Part shown: in pieces, positions 48,003-59,816 of the stretch
Position numbering within the stretch: position 1 is the first letter of the stretch
How the letters are laid out: the number at the start of each line of letters is the position of its first letter
From: Chlorokybus atmophyticus
Lineage: Eukaryota; Plantae; Mesostigma and Chlorokybus algae
Assembly (NCBI GenBank): GCA_009103225.1
Contig: RHPI01003020.1
Coordinates: 16,481-80,480, forward strand
Direction: 5' to 3'
Length of the DNA stretch: 64,000 bases
The notes under the pieces: generated by a model
The model's input: only the letters and a program-made list of their open reading frames with translations
Told to the model about the DNA's origin: nothing
Databases searched by the model: none
Program-made: the position numbers and the translations under genes

Positions 48003-50629
48003 ATGGAAATGTCGGACCACGGCATAATTGTGGTAGAGAAGACCACCAGCGACATGCTAGACTCTCCTTCACTCAAGCCCTCTTCCTCCTTCCACAACCA
48101 CACCAGCTCACTCCCAGCCCGTTTCCCCTACATTTGTGAGAGTAGCTACTCTCACAAATCGCAACTCCAAGTCCCCGACACCATCCCTCCCCCGGACAAG
48201 GACGCCGACAACATCCCCGTCCTCAGCACTGGTGCTCATGATCATCATCACGAAGATGAAGAAGAGAACCCAAGCTGGCTGTTTGACCCGCGAGTGGATG
48301 AACTGTGTGGGGACTTCACACTGCACGGTAGGTCTATGTGTGCGTGTGTGTGCTCGTTGTTTACTGGGACAAATACCTTCCTTTGTTTCTCAGCCATACC
48401 GAGGGCCATGAATATCCACACCAGTCTAAGGCGGCGGTCAGTGTGGCTGTTAGTATTCATCGCTGGGTTGTGTGTGTTCCTGTGGCTGGCAACCATACAG
48501 ATCAGAGCGCACCTCGCCCGCAACACGAACACCAACGTCGCACTGATCGACGAGTCGTACGGGGCAGGACTGCCCTTCCCCTCAGTCACAATTTGGAACC
48601 AAAACACAGTATGTGCGTGTGCGTGTGTATGCGCACCTGTGTGTGACAGGCCCCACAGCATGTAGTGTGGCTCACTCACCTTCATCATGCAGGTAAGGAG
48701 ATCTGCAGTGGAGAACACTTCATACTTTAATGAAATCTGCGGCGAGGAAGCCGGCCTGCTCGGGGATGTCAGCGGCGGGGTCCAACGATACCCACTCGAC
48801 TGGAACGACACTCAAGTATTGGTTTTAAGTTTGAACATTTGTTGGTTCAAACCGCGTTACTGACTATGTGTTGTTGTTGTTGTTGTTGTGCAGATTCTTG
48901 ATGCTGCGCATCAGTTGGAGGACATGTTGGTCGGATGCACGTTTTCAGGTCGCAATTGCTCTGCCGCAGATTTCTACACGTCCGTGTCGCCATTCCCAAA
49001 CCAGCGATACGGCGCCGCGTACACCTTCAGTAAGACTTGCAAGCATCATGCGTGCGTGCATGCGTGTGTAGTTATGGGTTTTGAAACACCAATTCCCTGG
49101 CAGATATATATGGCCAGTTGGCAAGCTATTCGGGAGGTCCGACTGGAGGACTGTCTTTGGCAATACACATCGGACAAGTATGCATGCGAACATCCTCGCA
49201 CACATGCAACTATGCCAACAATTGGCACATGCCCACACGTAGGACACTTGCGTGCGAGCATACTTTACTTGGCTACTGTGCCAGTCTGTAACCACGTTCA
49301 TCATCATTGTTGTATGTGTTCTCCTCCAGGATGACTACTGTCCTCGCACGTGGGGCGCCGGCATTGCTTTTGAGCTGCACCACCACGTGCTGCTCACCAA
49401 CGTGGAGGCCACGCAGCACATCAACCCAAACAACAGAGCGGTACGTATACGTATGTTGTGGTTGTTGGCACTCGTTGACTGATTCCCATACTTACTCATC
49501 AGGTCATTCGACCTGGGGTTTGGGCCAATGTGGACCTCTCTGCCGTGGAACAAAATCTTCTCGGACCACCTTATGGTAAGTACACTGTGTACTATATATC
49601 TGCGCTGTGCGCATGTGCGTGCGCATGCGTGTACTGCAACTTGTGCACGTGTCCATGCTGCGAGCACACATGTGTGGGTGTGGGTGTGGATGTGTAGGTG
49701 TATCTAACTGCTGCCTTGCTGCAGGTCCCGAGTGCGTTGACTTAAACAAGGGTCAGTCGTACCCGCCGAAGACGGCTGCGCTGGATTGTGCCATCAACTG
49801 CGCAGGGTTCGAGACATACAACAGCTCCCAGCTCATACACTTCAACCGCGCGGACTTCCTCGCCGTTGAATCTGCAGACGTGAAGTGCGTTGAAGACTGT
49901 TTCAACCTCACACTCACAACGTAAGCAGGGATGGTGTGGGTGTTTGGCATGGTCACACACGCGCACGTGCGCACCCACGCACCCACGCTCTCTGTGTCTC
50001 CAGGTTTTGCCAGTCTGGCAGTGTGAACAATGTCGTGACAACAATGGAACTTCCCTCGAGAGCATCATTCCGTTCCATTCTGAAGCGTTGGCCTTCGCTG
50101 TCACTCAACCACACCATCGATGACATCTTTAACGACACCACTCTCTACGACCAAGTCTACACCAACATGCAAAGAAACCTTATTATTGTCAACTTCTACT
50201 TCTCCAAACTGATACTAACCCAGTTCCACGAGTCTATTGCCATCACATTCGGGGCGCTCATATCCAACATAGGAGGTTTATCGGGCCTTTTTCTTGGTGC
50301 ATCGGCCATAAGCATGCTCGAGTTGGTGGAGATAATAACTTTGTTGGGTATGATCAAGTACAACAAGACACGCGCTGCGGCGGCTTCACAACGCTACTTA
50401 AAGGACTTGGATTGGAGCCAGCAGCAGCATGTAAGTTTATCAGACATGTGTGCGTGTGCATGTGTGTGCGTAAAGTAAGGTTTTGGGTTCTGTTGTGCAG
50501 GGCATATGGGCCTCCCAAGCGATGAAGAAACCCGCGGCATGTGCGTTGCAAAGGGGCAAATCGGGTGTGGACAAGTACATTCGTAAAGAGCGAAGGTCTA
50601 GCTCTGGGCAATTGTTGCAACCTGTATAG
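48003..50629 (+). CDS. DEG/ENaC (ASIC/ENaC-like) cation channel subunit, paralogue 1. Ten coding exons (48003-48327, 48394-48608, 48693-48815, 48894-49029, 49104-49177, 49330-49440, 49503-49575, 49725-49920, 50004-50430, 50501-50629), ~602 aa
   Basis: All introns are GT-AG and frame-preserving. DFTLH; TM1 VWLLVFIAGLCVFLWLA; FPSVTIWNQN.VRRS; HQLEDMLVGCTFSGRNCS; YGAAYTFN; GPTGGLSL; IRPG; PPYG; NLIIVNFYF; TM2 ISNIGGLSGLFLGASAISMLE. Confidence 0.92.
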
Positions 50630-50992
50630 TACACACATGATGGAGTGTAAGGCATTTTGAACGTGCTTGAAACACCTCTTGCATGTATACAATAGCACTT
50701 AACTCCAACCGTATGCAGCATTCATTAGCATCAGCTCTACGTGCCAGCGCAGTGCAACTTGCACTGATTGTTAGCCCTTTGGAATGGCTAACGATTGTGC
50801 ATGTCCATGCAGCTGCGCAAGCACACTTTTAGAGTATAACGCGGAATTACGTCATGCACACACTCACCAGTATGTTTGTTAGTGCCGTTGCCAAGCATGC
50901 CGACTGAGCTAGCACGATTGTACTAGTGGCCTGTAAGCAGGCGCTATGAATGTAAGCTAGCTGCAGTTGTGTAGTGGTGTGTGTTTGGCAAG

Positions 50993-51045
50993 GGGAGGGG
51001 GGCATGCCTGTTTTGTCTCAGACAAAACAGGCATGCCCCCCTCCC
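50993..51045. repeat. Perfect 53-bp hairpin palindrome (26-bp arms, 1-nt loop); copies at 57050-57102 and ~58672-58724
   Basis: GGGAGGGGGGCATGCCTGTTTTGTCT-C-AGACAAAACAGGCATGCCCCCCTCCC. Confidence 0.95.
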
Positions 51046-52531
51046 ACTTCAAACAACACAACGCGATGTCCGGGATCATCCACATTATGTTGCGTTGCGT
51101 TGCGTTGTTCAAAGTGTTATATGTGATGCCATGAACTATTTATCAAATGCAAATTGAGAGGCAACGACAGCTTTTTGTTCAAATAAGTAACCATATTTAC
51201 GCATGTAAGATATTGGGTGGGTTTTATATACTGCGTGAAGCATCAATTGCGCCCTCTTATTCACCAGTCAACAGTCCCGGACAAGAGCTCTCATAAGCCC
51301 CTCTTATGGATTCTGCAAGGACAAGCAAGGTATGTTGAGCTCATTACAATGAAATGCGATGAATGGTCTTTCCTTGTTGAGAATATCAAATAATGTACAT
51401 GCAGTGTCCAAGTTGTATTTCTCAATTAAATTCGTGATCTTATTGAAATAACAATTCTTCACTCTGCCCCCCCCCCCCCTATAATTTGTTGTAATGAACC
51501 TGCTTGATCACGTGTTCATTGTTATAAGATATGGCAAAGACCGATAGAATCAACAATCTCATAAGCTTTGTGTGTGTAATGCGATAATTATTATGTCATA
51601 CGTGTCATTTTACAGGATTGCGTGAGGCTATCGCATGCGTGTATCTTCATTGTAGCTCAGTCAACAAATTGTGGACCATGATAAGCTCATGGCTGCATTA
51701 CAATTATAATCATGAATAGATCTAAGCACCTGATTCGATTGCATTATGAGACTCTTATATCGCATGTGTCATAATGTTTACATAAACTGATTGTTTCATA
51801 ACATAATTACGTGGTCTCATGCCACTATGTATGCCATGGTAATTGCCTTGTTCATTATTTATGCCTTTGCTTGATGATAAATGAGTGCGTGAGTAAGCAT
51901 GAATTGTCTTTCAAATGACACTAACCGCCAACTTTACTATAAGCAAAGAGGGAAATGACCCTTATCAACTACGCGCGGCTAGCGAATCAAAAACTTTATA
52001 TAGCTTACATACGCGTCGGACTTAATATAGCTTACATACGCGTCGCCTCATACATCGTAATAGTAATCTAAAAGACACAACGGTGTTGAGCTATTGCGGT
52101 CAATCTTGATTTTGATTGCAGCTTTTGTGTAAGAGTAGAGTTGATTGTCTTACAGTCGTAAACGATGTAACTTACACAAACCCCCTACCTATGGCTATTA
52201 CGCATCATATTAAATGCACATACCGCTATACTATTTTATTAGATATTAGCATCCGGCTTGAATAGAAGCTTGATTTCAGCCCACTTATTTTATGCCTTGG
52301 TGAAACAAGTTGGCGTAGTAGCTAAAAACAAGCACATTTGTAGATGTGACTTGAACTAGCATAGTGTCAAATGGTGCAGGGGGATCTTCCCCCCCCCCCC
52401 CCCCCCCCCNNNNNNNNNNNNNNNNNNNNNGGGGGGGGGGGGGGGGGGAGGGCATGTCACACACTTGCCTTGGCACGTGCAAGTGGTGCTTCACACACAT
52501 TAATGATGCCTTACAACCCATCATGTGTGTA

Positions 52532-53154
52532 CTATACAGGTTGCAACAGTTGTCCAGAGCTAGACCTTCGCTCTTTGCGAATGTACTTGTCCACACCCGA
52601 TTTGCCCCTTTGCAACGCGCCTGCCGCGGGTTTCGTCATCGATTGGGAGGCCCATATGCCCTGCACAACAAAACCCACTCAACCCCACAAATGCGCACGC
52701 ACACGCACACATGTTTGACAAACTTACATGCTGCTGCTGGCTCCAATCCAAGTCTTTTCTATAGCGTTGGGAAGCCGCCGCAACGCGTGTCTTATCATAC
52801 TTAATCATGCTCAACAAAGTCAATATCTCAATCAACTCGAGCACGCTTATGGCCGATGCGCCAAGGAAGAGTCCCAACAATCCTCCTATGTTGGATATGA
52901 GCGCCCCGAATGTAATGGCAATAGACTCATTGAACTGGGTTAGGATCAGTTTGGAGAAGTAGAAGTTGACAAGGATGAAGTTGTCCTGCATGTTGGAATA
53001 GACTTTGTTGTAGAGAGTGGTGTCGTTAAAGATGTCCTCAACGGTGTGGTTGAGTGCCAGCGAAGGAAAGCGCTTCAGAATGGAACGGACGGATGCCCTC
53101 GAAGGAAGTTCCATTGTTGTCACGACGTTGTTGATGCTGCCGGACTGGCAAAAC
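52532..53154 (-). CDS. DEG/ENaC 3' fragment (last two exons, TM2 and C-terminus) of a diverged paralogue
   Basis: FCQSGSINNVV...ISNIGGLLGLFLGASAISVLELIE...QQQH|GIWASQSMTK...QPV*. Open frame with many synonymous differences from paralogue 1. Truncated at ~53179 inside the preceding intron. Confidence 0.85.
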
Positions 53155-54059
53155 CTGCAGGCATAATGTGGGGAGGGGGGTCCCGTCGCCGCGGGTGCAA
53201 CTTGCACCGTGCAAGTATACTGGCAGGCAAAGCAAAGCTGATAGGATTTTACGCGTGTGGCTAAATAAGTGAGAGAATGTGCATGAGTGACACGCGCAAT
53301 CTAGCCACTCAAAGTGTGTGCAACACATTGTTGCCGTCAAAGTGTGTGCAACACACTCTTGCTGTCAAGGTGTGTGTGCTGGATTGGGAAAGTGGTGACG
53401 TTTGCTGGCTGACTTGGTGGCTGGGCCTGGCTTAGCCTGGCCTGGCCTGGCCTGGCCCAGCAGTTGCTGCGAGGTAGAAGCTCCTATGCTCACCGCGGCT
53501 AGCAGAAGTGGCCCGTTAGTATGTGTTGAAAATAACTACTAGTCGTCATATAAGGCATGCAGTGTCGCAGGTGACTAGCACACGCACTCTCTTTCCTTTC
53601 TCTTTGCACTCAATCTTCTCTCTCACTCACTCACTCAATTTCGGTCTTCCAGTGAGGTCTCCTCAATATGTCACTGTCGTATATCGGCACGCACGCATGC
53701 ATAACATTCTCTCTCTACATCAGTCGTCAGTTCAGTGCGCTAGAAGCATACATGTCAAAGCACACACATACGTAAGCATGCTCCTTCCTCCTCGCTCTCA
53801 CTCACTCTCTCACTCACTCATGTTTGCTCCTTAGCGAGGCTTCTATCTATCTCACGCTGTCACTCTACAATACTGGTACGCACGCCCATGCACATGCGAG
53901 TGTCTGTCAGACAGACATTCACATGTGCATGTGCGTGCGTACCAGCACAAGAGAGCCACACAGACACACACATGCGTGTTTACATGCTCATATCTCTCAT
54001 TGTATGCAGTGAGACCCACACCCCACCCTACGGCTGGTACATAGTTCACCTCGCACAGG

Positions 54060-56686
54060 ATGGAAATGTCGGACCACGGCATAATTGTGGTAGAGAAGAC
54101 CACCAGCGACATGCTAGACTCTCCTTCACTCAAGCCCTCTTCCTCCTTCCACAACCACACCAGCTCACTCCCAGCCCGTTTCCCCTACATTTGTGAGAGT
54201 AGCTACTCTCACAAATCGCAACTCCAAGTCCCCGACACCATCCCTCCCCCGGACAAGGACGCCGACAACATCCCCGTCCTCAGCACTGGTGCTCATGATC
54301 ATCATCACGAAGATGAAGAAGAGAACCCAAGCTGGCTGTTTGACCCGCGAGTGGATGAACTGTGTGGGGACTTCACACTGCACGGTAGGTCTATGTGTGC
54401 GTGTGTGTGCTCGTTGTTTACTGGGACAAATACCTTCCTTTGTTTCTCAGCCATACCGAGGGCCATGAATATCCACACCAGTCTAAGGCGGCGGTCAGTG
54501 TGGCTGTTAGTATTCATCGCTGGGTTGTGTGTGTTCCTGTGGCTGGCAACCATACAGATCAGAGCGCACCTCGCCCGCAACACGAACACCAACGTCGCAC
54601 TGATCGACGAGTCGTACGGGGCAGGACTGCCCTTCCCCTCAGTCACAATTTGGAACCAAAACACAGTATGTGCGTGTGCGTGTGTATGCGCACCTGTGTG
54701 TGACAGGCCCCACAGCATGTAGTGTGGCTCACTCACCTTCATCATGCAGGTAAGGAGATCTGCAGTGGAGAACACTTCATACTTTAATGAAATCTGCGGC
54801 GAGGAAGCCGGCCTGCTCGGGGATGTCAGCGGCGGGGTCCAACGATACCCACTCGACTGGAACGACACTCAAGTATTGGTTTTAAGTTTGAACATTTGTT
54901 GGTTCAAACCGCGTTACTGACTATGTGTTGTTGTTGTTGTTGTTGTGCAGATTCTTGATGCTGCGCATCAGTTGGAGGACATGTTGGTCGGATGCACGTT
55001 TTCAGGTCGCAATTGCTCTGCCGCAGATTTCTACACGTCCGTGTCGCCATTCCCAAACCAGCGATACGGCGCCGCGTACACCTTCAGTAAGACTTGCAAG
55101 CATCATGCGTGCGTGCATGCGTGTGTAGTTATGGGTTTTGAAACACCAATTCCCTGGCAGATATATATGGCCAGTTGGCAAGCTATTCGGGAGGTCCGAC
55201 TGGAGGACTGTCTTTGGCAATACACATCGGACAAGTATGCATGCGAACATCCTCGCACACATGCAACTATGCCAACAATTGGCACATGCCCACACGTAGG
55301 ACACTTGCGTGCGAGCATACTTTACTTGGCTACTGTGCCAGTCTGTAACCACGTTCATCATCATTGTTGTATGTGTTCTCCTCCAGGATGACTACTGTCC
55401 TCGCACGTGGGGCGCCGGCATTGCTTTTGAGCTGCACCACCACGTGCTGCTCACCAACGTGGAGGCCACGCAGCACATCAACCCAAACAACAGAGCGGTA
55501 CGTATACGTATGTTGTGGTTGTTGGCACTCGTTGACTGATTCCCATACTTACTCATCAGGTCATTCGACCTGGGGTTTGGGCCAATGTGGACCTCTCTGC
55601 CGTGGAACAAAATCTTCTCGGACCACCTTATGGTAAGTACACTGTGTACTATATATCTGCGCTGTGCGCATGTGCGTGCGCATGCGTGTACTGCAACTTG
55701 TGCACGTGTCCATGCTGCGAGCACACATGTGTGGGTGTGGGTGTGGATGTGTAGGTGTATCTAACTGCTGCCTTGCTGCAGGTCCCGAGTGCGTTGACTT
55801 AAACAAGGGTCAGTCGTACCCGCCGAAGACGGCTGCGCTGGATTGTGCCATCAACTGCGCAGGGTTCGAGACATACAACAGCTCCCAGCTCATACACTTC
55901 AACCGCGCGGACTTCCTCGCCGTTGAATCTGCAGACGTGAAGTGCGTTGAAGACTGTTTCAACCTCACACTCACAACGTAAGCAGGGATGGTGTGGGTGT
56001 TTGGCATGGTCACACACGCGCACGTGCGCACCCACGCACCCACGCTCTCTGTGTCTCCAGGTTTTGCCAGTCTGGCAGTGTGAACAATGTCGTGACAACA
56101 ATGGAACTTCCCTCGAGAGCATCATTCCGTTCCATTCTGAAGCGTTGGCCTTCGCTGTCACTCAACCACACCATCGATGACATCTTTAACGACACCACTC
56201 TCTACGACCAAGTCTACACCAACATGCAAAGAAACCTTATTATTGTCAACTTCTACTTCTCCAAACTGATACTAACCCAGTTCCACGAGTCTATTGCCAT
56301 CACATTCGGGGCGCTCATATCCAACATAGGAGGTTTATCGGGCCTTTTTCTTGGTGCATCGGCCATAAGCATGCTCGAGTTGGTGGAGATAATAACTTTG
56401 TTGGGTATGATCAAGTACAACAAGACACGCGCTGCGGCGGCTTCACAACGCTACTTAAAGGACTTGGATTGGAGCCAGCAGCAGCATGTAAGTTTATCAG
56501 ACATGTGTGCGTGTGCATGTGTGTGCGTAAAGTAAGGTTTTGGGTTCTGTTGTGCAGGGCATATGGGCCTCCCAAGCGATGAAGAAACCCGCGGCATGTG
56601 CGTTGCAAAGGGGCAAATCGGGTGTGGACAAGTACATTCGTAAAGAGCGAAGGTCTAGCTCTGGGCAATTGTTGCAACCTGTATAG
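54060..56686 (+). CDS. DEG/ENaC paralogue 1, duplicate copy (same exon model +6057; possibly an assembly artefact)
   Basis: Apparently identical to 48003-50629, including introns. Confidence 0.7.
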
Positions 56687-58466
56687 TACACACATGATGG
56701 AGTGTAAGGCATTTTGAACGTGCTTGAAACACCTCTTGCATGTATACAATAGCACTTAACTCCAACCGTATGCAGCATTCATTAGCATCAGCTCTACGTG
56801 CCAGCGCAGTGCAACTTGCACTGATTGTTAGCCCTTTGGAATGGCTAACGATTGTGCATGTCCATGCAGCTGCGCAAGCACACTTTTAGAGTATAACGCG
56901 GAATTACGTCATGCACACACTCACCAGTATGTTTGTTAGTGCCGTTGCCAAGCATGCCGACTGAGCTAGCACGATTGTACTAGTGGCCTGTAAGCAGGCG
57001 CTATGAATGTAAGCTAGCTGCAGTTGTGTAGTGGTGTGTGTTTGGCAAGGGGAGGGGGGCATGCCTGTTTTGTCTCAGACAAAACAGGCATGCCCCCCTC
57101 CCACTTCAAACAACACAACGCGATGTCCGGGATCATCCACATTATGTTGCGTTGCGTTGCGTTGTTCAAAGTGTTATATGTGATGCCATGAACTATTTAT
57201 CAAATGCAAATTGAGAGGCAACGACAGCTTTTTGTTCAAATAAGTAACCATATTTACGCATGTAAGATATTGGGTGGGTTTTATATACTGCGTGAAGCAT
57301 CAATTGCGCCCTCTTATTCACCAGTCAACAGTCCCGGACAAGAGCTCTCATAAGCCCCTCTTATGGATTCTGCAAGGACAAGCAAGGTATGTTGAGCTCA
57401 TTACAATGAAATGCGATGAATGGTCTTTCCTTGTTGAGAATATCAAATAATGTACATGCAGTGTCCAAGTTGTATTTCTCAATTAAATTCGTGATCTTAT
57501 TGAAATAACAATTCTTCACTCTGCCCCCCCCCCCCCTATAATTTGTTGTAATGAACCTGCTTGATCACGTGTTCATTGTTATAAGATATGGCAAAGACCG
57601 ATAGAATCAACAATCTCATAAGCTTTGTGTGTGTAATGCGATAATTATTATGTCATACGTGTCATTTTACAGGATTGCGTGAGGCTATCGCATGCGTGTA
57701 TCTTCATTGTAGCTCAGTCAACAAATTGTGGACCATGATAAGCTCATGGCTGCATTACAATTATAATCATGAATAGATCTAAGCACCTGATTCGATTGCA
57801 TTATGAGACTCTTATATCGCATGTGTCATAATGTTTACATAAACTGATTGTTTCATAACATAATTACGTGGTCTCATGCCACTATGTATGCCATGGTAAT
57901 TGCCTTGTTCATTATTTATGCCTTTGCTTGATGATAAATGAGTGCGTGAGTAAGCATGAATTGTCTTTCAAATGACACTAACCGCCAACTTTACTATAAG
58001 CAAAGAGGGAAATGACCCTTATCAACTACGCGCGGCTAGCGAATCAAAAACTTTATATAGCTTACATACGCGTCGGACTTAATATAGCTTACATACGCGT
58101 CGCCTCATACATCGTAATAGTAATCTAAAAGACACAACGGTGTTGAGCTATTGCGGTCAATCTTGATTTTGATTGCAGCTTTTGTGTAAGAGTAGAGTTG
58201 ATTGTCTTACAGTCGTAAACGATGTAACTTACACAAACCCCCTACCTATGGCTATTACGCATCATATTAAATGCACATACCGCTATACTATTTTATTAGA
58301 TATTAGCATCCGGCTTGAATAGAAGCTTGATTTCAGCCCACTTATTTTATGCCTTGGTGAAACAAGTTGGCGTAGTAGCTAAAAACAAGCACATTTGTAG
58401 ATGTGACTTGAACTAGCATAGTGTCAAATGGTGCAGGGGGATCTTCCCCCCCCCCCCCCCCCCCCN

Positions 58467-59816
58467 GCAATTGATGCTTCACGCAGTATATAAAACCCAC
58501 CCAATATCTTACATGCGTAAATATGGTTACTTATTTGAACAAAAAGCTGTCGTTGCCTCTCAATTTGCATTTGATAAATAGTTCATGGCATCACATATAA
58601 CACTTTGAACAACGCAACGCAACGCAACATAATGTGGATGATCCCGGACATCGCGTTGTGTTGTTTGAAGTGGGAGGGGGGCATGCCTGTTTTGTCTGAG
58701 ACAAAACAGGCATGCCCCCCTCCCCTTGCCAAACACACACCACTACACAACTGCAGCTAGCTTACATTCATAGCGCCTGCTTACAGGCCACTAGTACAAT
58801 CGTGCTAGCTCAGTCGGCATGCTTGGCAACGGCACTAACAAACATACTGGTGAGTGTGTGCATGACGTAATTCCGCGTTATACTCTAAAAGTGTGCTTGC
58901 GCAGCTGCATGGACATGCACAATCGTTAGCCATTCCAAAGGGCTAACAATCAGTGCAAGTTGCACTGCGCTGGCACGTAGAGCTGATGCTAATGAATGCT
59001 GCATACGGTTGGAGTTAAGTGCTATTGTATACATGCAAGAGGTGTTTCAAGCACGTTCAAAATGCCTTACACTCCATCATGTGTGTACTATACAGGTTGC
59101 AACAATTGCCCAGAGCTAGACCTTCGCTCTTTACGAATGTACTTGTCCACACCCGATTTGCCCCTTTGCAACGCACATGCCGCGGGTTTCTTCATCGCTT
59201 GGGAGGCCCATATGCCCTGCACAACAGAACCCAAAACCTTACTTTACGCACACACATGCACACGCACACATGTCTGATAAACTTACATGCTGCTGCTGGC
59301 TCCAATCCAAGTCCTTTAAGTAGCGTTGTGAAGCCGCCGCAGCGCGTGTCTTGTTGTACTTGATCATACCCAACAAAGTTATTATCTCCACCAACTCGAG
59401 CATGCTTATGGCCGATGCACCAAGAAAAAGGCCCGATAAACCTCCTATGTTGGATATGAGCGCCCCGAATGTGATGGCAATAGACTCGTGGAACTGGGTT
59501 AGTATCAGTTTGGAGAAGTAGAAGTTGACAATAATAAGGTTTCTTTGCATGTTGGTGTAGACTTGGTCGTAGAGAGTGGTGTCGTTAAAGATGTCATCGA
59601 TGGTGTGGTTGAGTGACAGCGAAGGCCAACGCTTCAGAATGGAACGGAATGATGCTCTCGAGGGAAGTTCCATTGTTGTCACGACATTGTTCACACTGCC
59701 AGACTGGCAAAACCTGGAGACACAGAGAGCGTGGGTGCGTGGGTGCGCACGTGCGCGTGTGTGACCATGCCAAACACCCACACCATCCCTGCTTACGTTG
59801 TGAGTGTGAGGTTGAA
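58467..59816 (-). repeat. 1.35-kb inverted copy of 55958-57307 (and 49901-51250)
   Basis: The reverse complement matches with coordinate sum 115774. The first mismatch I found is at 59817. Confidence 0.92.

Larger units (their letters stand above)
47123..52409 (+). repeat. 5.3-kb block repeated at 53180-58465 (offset 6057), apparently identical
   Basis: Identical ORF sets at offset +6057. Both copies end in poly-C at an N. Confidence 0.95.

Noticed and set aside
48003-48665. The 220-aa ORF (with an LHG motif) as the whole gene product
   Set aside because: It reads through introns 1 and 2. The spliced model gives the full channel.
51998-52045. 21-bp direct repeat ATATAGCTTACATACGCGTCG, two copies
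   Set aside because: Two copies only; most simply a local tandem duplication.
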